Source: an uncultured Gammaproteobacteria bacterium
Lineage (GTDB): Bacteria > Patescibacteriota > Microgenomatia > JALYQM01
NCBI GenBank assembly: GCA_964525495.1
Contig: CAZGHS010000005.1
Span: 12,599 to 76,598 of the forward strand
DNA length: 64,000 nucleotides
Reading direction: 5' to 3'
Made by a program: the position numbers and the translations under genes. This document shows, piece by piece, positions 17,814-25,789 of this stretch. Position 1 is the first letter of the stretch; every line of letters begins with the position of its first letter. The notes beneath the pieces are model-generated. The model ran no database searches. It had not been told where the DNA came from and saw nothing but the letters and a program-made list of their open reading frames with translations.

Positions 17814-20800
17814 ATGAACAAACACGTCAAAAAACTCGCATACACATTTTCGTCACTACTTTTATTAAGCAGTTTAATCGGTAGTGATAATTCTATTTTT
17901 GATCCAAAATCCGCATTCGCAAACCCGCCAGTCAACTTTACAAACGAAATTCTTACGACAAATCTTACAGAACCCACAGGATTAACATTCACACCTGACG
18001 GTCGAATGTTATTTATAGAGCGAGCAGGAACGATTAGAGTAGTTGCTGCGGGTGGAACAACACCTAACACAACACCATTTCACCAAATAACAAACATCAA
18101 CACGAGCGACGGAGAAAGAGGATTAGTGGGAATTGCGGTAGATCCAAATTTCACTTCAAACAATTATTATTATGTTTTTTACACAGCAAACTCACCTTTG
18201 CGAGATCGAGTATCTCGATTCACCGCAAATGGGGATACCACAGTATCCGGCAGTGAAGTAGTAATTTGGCAGGAACCAACACAAGCCGGCCTTTGGCATC
18301 ATGGTGGAACAATTGCATTTGGTCCAGACGGAAAACTATATATCTCAACAGGAGATGGATTTGATTCTGGTTCAGGATCAAATCATGTTTCACAAAGACT
18401 AGATAGCGTAAGAGGAAAAATACTTCGCATTAATTCCGACGGAACAATTCCTTCGGACAATCCATTTAATGACGGTGGAGGATCAAACTTTGACGAAATA
18501 TGGGCGCGCGGTTTACGCAATCCATTTAGATTCTCATTTGATTCTACAAACGGCACTATGTATATAGGTGATGTAGGTGGAAACTCAACGGTAAGCTCGA
18601 TAGAAGAAGTAAACAGGGGTGCCGTTGGAGCTAATTTCGGTTGGCCAATTTGCGAAGGAACCTGTTCCACTTCGGGTATGACCAATCCTATCTACACATA
18701 TAATCACGGAGGACGAGATGCGTCAGTAACAGGTGGTTTTGTGTATCGAGGTTCGCTATTCCCCACAGAATATCAGGGAACATATTTTTATGGTGACTAC
18801 GTACGCAATTGGGTAAGATATCTCACATTTAATACCAATGGAACAGTGAGTGGATCAACCAACTTCGAACCAACAAACGGAACAGAAGACGGACCATATG
18901 GTGAGATCGTAGATATAAAAATGGGACCAGACGGCAATATATATTACGTAGATTACGGTACAACCTGGGAAGGTCAAAGCAATCCAGGAAAAATCAGAAG
19001 AATAAAATATACTGGAACAACAAATCAGCCACCAATTATCACTTCAGCGACTGCAAATCCTTCAAACGGGCCAGGTCCAATACTAGTAACAGATTTTTCA
19101 GTTGCTGCATCCGATCCAGAAAATAATACATTAAGCTATTTGTGGAATTTTGGAGACGGAAACACTTCTTCACAGCAGAGCCCAAGCCATACATATACAG
19201 AGCCAGGAGAATACATAGCTCGAGTAACGGTTTCAGACGGTACAAATCAAACTCTTTCAAATCCCATTAATATTACTGTCGGTAATAGACCAGTAGTATC
19301 AATTGCCTCGCCGACAATAAATCAATCGTTTAGAGGTGGAGATAGTATTTCATTTAGTGGGTCAGCAACTGATCCAGATGAGGACCTTCCGTTATCAGCG
19401 TATTCTTGGAGAGTAATATTCAACCACGAATCACACACGCATCCAGCCGCCGGCCCTATCGAAAACACGACGTCAGGTTCCTACACAATTCCTACAACAG
19501 GTCACGATTTTTCTGGGAACACAAGTTATGACATTTTACTTACGGTAACAGACAGTACGGGATTACAGGGAACCGCTTCTGTCAGAATTAATCCTGAAAA
19601 AGTTAATCTTACATTCAACACTTCACCAACAGGACTCGGCCTTAACTTCGACGAGCAGACTAATATAACAACATCATTTGTGAGAGATACTTTAATCAAC
19701 TTTCAACACACTGTCGAAGCCCCAGTAACACAGCTGCTCGCAGGTAATACGTATACATTCCAATCATGGTCAGATAGTGGTGCAGCTCAGCATATAATCA
19801 CTGCCCCTGCTACAAGTCAAACATACACTGCAAACTATCAGTTAACAGCAAGTCCTACCCCGACTGCTGCACCTACGGCTACACCAGTGCCAACGGCAAC
19901 ACCAACTGGAACCCCATCGCCAGCTCCTACTGCGATACCCACCACAGGTACAAGTCTACAATTTGATGGGGGAGACATGGTATCTGGTACGAACGTTCCT
20001 TTGCTTACGCAGTTTACCTATGAAGCATGGATAAAACGAACAGCTGACAACGGGACTTACCAAACATTTCTATCTGACGCAAATACAAACTATAACGCAG
20101 CCATGGTCACGCTGTTTGTAGACGGAGGAAATAGTGATTGCGGAAGCTCACCAACTGATCAGATCGCATATTTTCAATTGCAATCAGGGGGCAGTTCGAC
20201 TCAATGTTCAGGGGTAACGGCCACGCTTAATCAGTGGTACCACGTAGCTGTAACGCGAGATGCAGCAGGAACACGCAGGGTATTTATCGACGGAACACTA
20301 AGATCGACAAATACAAGTACAGTAGCTCCAGCAGATAGCACAGGTCTCATGACATTAGGGCGAGCTGGTTCGAGCAGTGACGAGTACTTCACTGGACGGA
20401 TTGATGATGTACGGGTTTCAAATACAGCCAGATACACTACAAACTTTACACCATCAGCTATCAGTGGGTCAGATGCAAACACTATCTTCGCATGGAATAT
20501 CAACGAAGGATCAGGACAGACACTTGCTGACCTATCAAGCAACAATCGTAACGGAACACTAGGCAGTAACACAAATGTTGAAGCAACTGATCCTGTTTGG
20601 TCAACAGATAGCCCCTTGGGCGGAGCAGCTCCTAGCCCAACACCAACAGGCACTCCAGCACCGACGGCAACCCCTATTTCTACAGCAACTCCTGCTCCAA
20701 CTGCGACGCCAATAATAACTCCAACACCGATACCAACGGCAGCACCAACCGGAACCCCTATACCTACAGCTACACCAATTCCTACTCCTACCGCCACTCC

Positions 20801-21575
20801 GGCAATAACACCTACCCCAGTTCCCACAGCAACACCTACGGCTGTCCCAACAGCGACACCAATTCCTACCTCGACCCCGACATCAACTCCAGTTCCTACG
20901 GGAACAACGCTTAACTTTGCCGGGGACGATGTAGTACAGACAGTAAATATTCCTTTAGCAACACAATATACATTTGAAGTATGGGTAAAGCGTTCGGCTG
21001 ACAGTGGAGGATACGAAACATTTGTATCCGATGCAAACAGCGCATACAATCGCGCGATGGTCACGCTATTTATTGACGGAGGAAACAATGACTGTACAGG
21101 GGTATCTGACCAATTCGCGTTTTATGAGTCAAGAGCGAACGGATCGAGCACTCAGTGTTCGGGAGTAACAGCTTCATTGAATCAGTGGTTCCATATTGCC
21201 GTAACACGAGATGCTGCAGGCACTCGACGATTCTTTGTTGACGGCACTTTGCGGACAACACAGACAGGAACGGCAACGCCAACTGACAGTGCTGGAGTAC
21301 TTACTTTCGGTCGTGCTGGTGATTCTAGTTCGGAATATTTCAGTGGAAGAATAGACGACGTGCGTGTAGTAAGCAACGCAGTCTATACTACAAACTTCAC
21401 AAGGCCAACAGCACCGCTCACTACCGTGACAGGAACAATTGGACTCTGGAACATTACAGCAGGAAGTGGACAAACTGTAGCAGACACTTCTGGCAACAAT
21501 CGCAATGGACGATTAGGTACTTCAAATTCCGCTGATTCACGTGATCCAAGTTGGGTGTCAGATAATCCATATTAA
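17814..21575 (+). CDS. Secreted multidomain protein: PQQ-dependent sugar dehydrogenase-like (GSDH/YliI-type) beta-propeller + 2 PKD-like domains + Thr/Pro linkers + 2 LamG domains
   Basis: Signal peptide. The GSDH-family motifs (LT.P.G..F.PDGR, GLVGIA.DPNF, WHHGG.I.FGPDGKLYI..GDG, LRGKILRIN.DG.IP.DNPF, GLRNPFRF) are all present. PKD signature WNFGDGNTS...HTY.EPGEY...TVSDG. Two LamG units with W.KR.AD, W.H.AVTRD and GRIDDVRV. Confidence 0.8.
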   Translation: MNKHVKKLAYTFSSLLLLSSLIGSDNSIFDPKSAFANPPVNFTNEILTTNLTEPTGLTFTPDGRMLFIERAGTIRVVAAGGTTPNTTPFHQITNINTSDGERGLVGIAVDPNFTSNNYYYVFYTANSPLRDRVSRFTANGDTTVSGSEVVIWQEPTQAGLWHHGGTIAFGPDGKLYISTGDGFDSGSGSNHVSQRLDSVRGKILRINSDGTIPSDNPFNDGGGSNFDEIWARGLRNPFRFSFDSTNGTMYIGDVGGNSTVSSIEEVNRGAVGANFGWPICEGTCSTSGMTNPIYTYNHGGRDASVTGGFVYRGSLFPTEYQGTYFYGDYVRNWVRYLTFNTNGTVSGSTNFEPTNGTEDGPYGEIVDIKMGPDGNIYYVDYGTTWEGQSNPGKIRRIKYTGTTNQPPIITSATANPSNGPGPILVTDFSVAASDPENNTLSYLWNFGDGNTSSQQSPSHTYTEPGEYIARVTVSDGTNQTLSNPINITVGNRPVVSIASPTINQSFRGGDSISFSGSATDPDEDLPLSAYSWRVIFNHESHTHPAAGPIENTTSGSYTIPTTGHDFSGNTSYDILLTVTDSTGLQGTASVRINPEKVNLTFNTSPTGLGLNFDEQTNITTSFVRDTLINFQHTVEAPVTQLLAGNTYTFQSWSDSGAAQHIITAPATSQTYTANYQLTASPTPTAAPTATPVPTATPTGTPSPAPTAIPTTGTSLQFDGGDMVSGTNVPLLTQFTYEAWIKRTADNGTYQTFLSDANTNYNAAMVTLFVDGGNSDCGSSPTDQIAYFQLQSGGSSTQCSGVTATLNQWYHVAVTRDAAGTRRVFIDGTLRSTNTSTVAPADSTGLMTLGRAGSSSDEYFTGRIDDVRVSNTARYTTNFTPSAISGSDANTIFAWNINEGSGQTLADLSSNNRNGTLGSNTNVEATDPVWSTDSPLGGAAPSPTPTGTPAPTATPISTATPAPTATPIITPTPIPTAAPTGTPIPTATPIPTPTATPAITPTPVPTATPTAVPTATPIPTSTPTSTPVPTGTTLNFAGDDVVQTVNIPLATQYTFEVWVKRSADSGGYETFVSDANSAYNRAMVTLFIDGGNNDCTGVSDQFAFYESRANGSSTQCSGVTASLNQWFHIAVTRDAAGTRRFFVDGTLRTTQTGTATPTDSAGVLTFGRAGDSSSEYFSGRIDDVRVVSNAVYTTNFTRPTAPLTTVTGTIGLWNITAGSGQTVADTSGNNRNGRLGTSNSADSRDPSWVSDNPY
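19950..21572 (+). repeat. Intragenic duplication of a LamG domain (about 19950-20610 and 20905-21572) separated by a Thr/Pro/Ala linker (about 20625-20900)
   Basis: Both copies share TQ[FY]T[FY]E.W.KR.AD.G.Y.TF.SDAN..YN.AMVTLF.DGGN.DC...STQCSGVTA.LNQW[YF]H.AVTRDAAGTRR.F.DGTLR. The linker is almost pure PT/AT repeats (TPAPTATPISTATPAPTATPIITPTPIPTAAPTGTPIPTATPIPTPTATP...). Confidence 0.8.
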
Positions 21576-21598
21576 AATATAATAAAAAAGAGGTGCAT

Positions 21599-24500
21599 AT
21601 GTTACTAGGTGAAAGATATTTTAAATTAGGCACACTATCTCTTTTCATAGTGCTCATCTTAGGGATGAGTTTTTTTTATACATCGGCTCATGCTGATTCA
21701 AACATATATCAGATAACTGCCAGCGCAAATGATGTGAATCAAGACGGTAATACACTTGATATTACAAGCGCAAACATGTGGTTAGGTACTGGTGCTAGTA
21801 CGTCAAGTTCTTATACTGGATTGCGGTTTACAAACATAAATATACCTAAAGGAGCAACAATCAACTCGGCAAAGCTTCAGGTCTTTTCACCTTCATCAAG
21901 TTGGATATCGATGACTTTTGATTTCGCAGCTGAAGCAGCAGATAACAGTGCAATATTCTCAACAACAAGCAAACCTTCACAACGAACAGTAACAAACACA
22001 AAAATACGGCACTCAAGCAATAACTCATGGTCAGCAAATACGAATTATACGCTTGACGAAATAAACACAGTGGTACAAGAAGTCATCAACAGGCCGGGAT
22101 GGACCAGTGGTAACAGCCTATCACTTGTCCTAAAAGGAGCAGGAAGTTCCTATGGAAGAAAAAGTATCCGTGCATACAACGGTACTCCAGCCAACGCGCC
22201 AAAACTTTTAGTAACATTTTCCGTAGCTGGTACACCGACCCCTGCACCAACGAGCACGCCGACCGCAACACCCACAGCAACTCCAGTACCAACGACTACC
22301 CCTACTGTTGCACCAACAGCTACCCCCACTATATCTCCTACAGCAACATCGACGCCTATACCAACTGCAACTCCCACCTCGCAACCAAGTAATGTTGCCT
22401 ATTACAATATAAATACTTCTACCTCAACTAGCGCAGGATACGATGCCGTTTCGTGGTCACAAGGATACCCCATCACTGTAGATAAATTTGGAAAATATAT
22501 AGTACCTATACAACGTCATGGATTCAGCAGCGAAAACTTTGCAGTCAGTAATGATGCCGGAGCAACATGGATAGAGCTAGACGGCTCAGGTATCCTCAAT
22601 AGATCATCTATTGCATACGATAGTATAAATGACACGCTCCAAGTAGTAACAACTGCAAACGCAGTGGCTTATAGTAAATATTCAATAGTTCGTGATGGCA
22701 ATAACAACATTACGAGTCTAGCACTTGATGGAATAATGAATATAGAAACTGGGGCAGGTTGTACTGCAATGGATATTAGAAATCCTATAGCACTATGGAA
22801 AGATGACGGAGCAAACGGACAGGTGGTTGCGTTCTGGTCAGTTAGTAAAACATGTTCAGGATCAAGCATAGTAGAAACACGTGCCGCTATGCGAACACTT
22901 TCAAACTCGGCCGCAGATAGAACAGCATCAAATTGGAAAGCATTAAACGGAGTCTCAAGTGCACCAGGATCTGTCGGTCCTGCGCTTGTTGCATACAATA
23001 AAATATATGGAATTAATACAGCGTATGACCGTCCATTTCAACACTCCGCAATGATCCAAGGCGGAGGCGGAGTTCATAGCAATGATATTTACTATTTCAA
23101 CATAGATCAAAACGATACTCACGGATTCCAAAGGTTAACGTGGAATCCTGCATTAAATGATTGGTCAGGTTCATGGACATCGAGGGCAGTATTTGGAGGA
23201 AATGTAGGAGATAATCTTGGATATAATTTAAAGAAAGAGCTATTAAGTAAACCTGTTTATGCTTCAAATAGCAACAGAGTATATGTAGGAATATCTAGAT
23301 GGTTAACAGGCGGGGCTGGTGACTCTCAATCACTATTCTATGTAGATGACAGTGATATCGTTATCGAAGCAGGAAACGTATACTCTGCTAATGGTACCGC
23401 GTTCCTCTATCCGACATTTGATCTTATGTACGATCAAGTAACAGGTTTAGTAAATTTCTTCTATCTCACCACAGGAGTAAATCAGAACGGTCATGTATAT
23501 TACAAATCATATGACGGTTCGAACTTCTCTACAGCAAAACCATTTTTTACAGCAGCCGGACAAACGGTAGATATTCCAATCGTCTATCAGTCGAGAATAG
23601 ATAATAAAGCAGTCTTGTTCTTCAGAAAAAACAAAACAAGTGATCCAAACACACCTCCTCATGAAATATTTTTTGGCTACGCAAAGCTTGATACTCCTGT
23701 TCCAAACCCAACGCCTACAGCCACTCCTACAGTCGCCCCGACCGCAACTCCAGTACCCACGTCCACTCCTACTGTCGCGCCAACAGCTACGCCCACACCG
23801 ACTAGCACCCCAACACCTACAGCAACACCAACAACCGCTCCAACCAACCCGCCTGGGGAAACAGTAAAAGGGTCATTTGAAATAGGACAGGGAGGCTCCG
23901 ATGTGATTCCGCATCAAATAGTTCGCACTCAAGATGACAAAGTATATACGTTTGGATATGCTGGCCAATACCAACCAGTGCTCAAGGCATATTGGACAAA
24001 TGGTACAGGTATACCAACACAGACTAGTCATTTCAGTGGTTCAACACAAGTTACCGACAGCTCAAACTTAATCTCTGTAGATGCAGTCTATGATGGAAGC
24101 GCTATTATCCACGTCATAACAAACACACAGGGTGGAATTACCAAAGATTATCCATTTGACACAACAACAAATACTTTCAGGTCACCTCAAACTGTTGCTA
24201 CGAACACTAAAACAGTCAGTGGAGATTACGTAGGATCAAGCGGAGTATCAGCAATGTTCGACACGGCTGGAGATCTGCACATCGCATATTGGACGAATGA
24301 TAACTATGTCAAATACGGAAAATATCAGTATAGCAACAATACAAACACGCTAACGCAAGTTGAAGGTCCAACCACAGTAGATGCCGACGTAAACGCAAAC
24401 CATCCAAGTCTCGCAGTGTCTCCACTAGACAACTCAATTTCAGTAGCTTGGATATCACAGAGTGGAACACCTCGCATTTTATACCGCGAAAAGACAGTAA

Positions 24501-25723
24501 ACGGGTGGAATCCTATTCAACAAGTAAGTACGTCTCGTCCGTGGACAAGCAACAACTTTGGTGTGAACATCGACCAAGGCCCAACAATAATAATAGATAC
24601 AAATGGTAAAAAATACCTTACATACATCGAAGATTTTGATAATACAGGCGATTATGGAAGTATTCATTATGTAACAAATGCATCGGGATCCTGGATAGAC
24701 ACGGAGCTATCAAATACATATAGCCACGATCCAGTATTAGCATTAGCTCAAAACGGTGACCAATATCTTATTGGTCACGGGCATCCTAACAACACATCAT
24801 GTAAATTAATGACGGTAATGTGTACAAAGAAACGAAATACAAACGGAGTATGGGATTCATCACTCGAGTTTGCTACACCAACAGGATCAGATTCATACGA
24901 TTCAAGCCCAAGTATTAAATGGTCTGTAGTAGGATTTAATCGTCCTGAAACTATAGAATTCGTCTTCCCAAGGATAATAAATAATAACTACAACACATCA
25001 AGTCTTATGTACGGATACATTAATTACAATACTCCAACACCGACACCAACTGCCGCTCCGACCGCAACACCAGTTCCAACTCCTACTGCTACTCCGGCCA
25101 TAACACCAACCCCTGTACCAACGATCACTCCAACTTCCGCACCAGTTACAATAACCTATACAGTTCCATCAAATGATAGAGACGCATGGTCGGGTAATGC
25201 GCACACTGGCAATCCAAATAACGAAGTAAGAGTAAACGGTTATAACAACACAAATGAACCGTACTTATTCGTCAGTAATGACAGTGATGAAGAATCTGCG
25301 GGGATGCAGTTCCAAATCGATGTGCCGCAAAATGCTACTATTCAAAACGCGTTTTTGACAGTCACTGCTGGTTCATTCCAAAGTCCTAGTGCAACGGGGG
25401 GAATGGGAATTCAGATCTATGATGTCGGCAATACAACGGCCTTTCAAAATGGGTTTTTGGGAGATCTTATAAATCATCACCCTCGTTATGGAACAAGTAT
25501 CATGTGGTCAGATCCAACAACGTGGACAAATGGGTCTATAAAAAGCTCGCCAAACATCAACGCACTTGTCCAGCACATAGTGAATAGGACTGATTATGCA
25601 CAAAATAACTTTATAGGGTTTGTGATTGACGAAGGAACCTTGCAAAGCGGAAAATATTACGGATGGGACGACTACTTTGGCGGAGATCCTGCAAGGTTAA
25701 CCGTGACATATACAACAAATTAA
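21599..25723 (+). CDS. Secreted 1.37k-aa surface protein with a BNR/Asp-box-containing domain, three Thr/Pro linkers and similar N- and C-terminal capping domains
   Basis: Signal peptide. Asp-box SNDAGATW. TP linkers at about 22225-22385, 23700-23850 and 25035-25140. The N-terminal (about 21690-22200) and C-terminal (about 25150-25720) domains share a pattern (..NEP.LF / GLRF.NI.IPKGATI..A.L.V compared with QFQIDVPQNATIQNAFLTV). A GTG at 21593 is an alternative start; the ATG at 21599 is preferred given the upstream AGAGG. Confidence 0.75.
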   Translation: MLLGERYFKLGTLSLFIVLILGMSFFYTSAHADSNIYQITASANDVNQDGNTLDITSANMWLGTGASTSSSYTGLRFTNINIPKGATINSAKLQVFSPSSSWISMTFDFAAEAADNSAIFSTTSKPSQRTVTNTKIRHSSNNSWSANTNYTLDEINTVVQEVINRPGWTSGNSLSLVLKGAGSSYGRKSIRAYNGTPANAPKLLVTFSVAGTPTPAPTSTPTATPTATPVPTTTPTVAPTATPTISPTATSTPIPTATPTSQPSNVAYYNINTSTSTSAGYDAVSWSQGYPITVDKFGKYIVPIQRHGFSSENFAVSNDAGATWIELDGSGILNRSSIAYDSINDTLQVVTTANAVAYSKYSIVRDGNNNITSLALDGIMNIETGAGCTAMDIRNPIALWKDDGANGQVVAFWSVSKTCSGSSIVETRAAMRTLSNSAADRTASNWKALNGVSSAPGSVGPALVAYNKIYGINTAYDRPFQHSAMIQGGGGVHSNDIYYFNIDQNDTHGFQRLTWNPALNDWSGSWTSRAVFGGNVGDNLGYNLKKELLSKPVYASNSNRVYVGISRWLTGGAGDSQSLFYVDDSDIVIEAGNVYSANGTAFLYPTFDLMYDQVTGLVNFFYLTTGVNQNGHVYYKSYDGSNFSTAKPFFTAAGQTVDIPIVYQSRIDNKAVLFFRKNKTSDPNTPPHEIFFGYAKLDTPVPNPTPTATPTVAPTATPVPTSTPTVAPTATPTPTSTPTPTATPTTAPTNPPGETVKGSFEIGQGGSDVIPHQIVRTQDDKVYTFGYAGQYQPVLKAYWTNGTGIPTQTSHFSGSTQVTDSSNLISVDAVYDGSAIIHVITNTQGGITKDYPFDTTTNTFRSPQTVATNTKTVSGDYVGSSGVSAMFDTAGDLHIAYWTNDNYVKYGKYQYSNNTNTLTQVEGPTTVDADVNANHPSLAVSPLDNSISVAWISQSGTPRILYREKTVNGWNPIQQVSTSRPWTSNNFGVNIDQGPTIIIDTNGKKYLTYIEDFDNTGDYGSIHYVTNASGSWIDTELSNTYSHDPVLALAQNGDQYLIGHGHPNNTSCKLMTVMCTKKRNTNGVWDSSLEFATPTGSDSYDSSPSIKWSVVGFNRPETIEFVFPRIINNNYNTSSLMYGYINYNTPTPTPTAAPTATPVPTPTATPAITPTPVPTITPTSAPVTITYTVPSNDRDAWSGNAHTGNPNNEVRVNGYNNTNEPYLFVSNDSDEESAGMQFQIDVPQNATIQNAFLTVTAGSFQSPSATGGMGIQIYDVGNTTAFQNGFLGDLINHHPRYGTSIMWSDPTTWTNGSIKSSPNINALVQHIVNRTDYAQNNFIGFVIDEGTLQSGKYYGWDDYFGGDPARLTVTYTTN

Positions 25724-25789
25724 TTTGTCATAGGAACAGCGTAAAAAATAGCTTTATCATTCTCCTTAAAGATGCTACTCTAATAGAGA

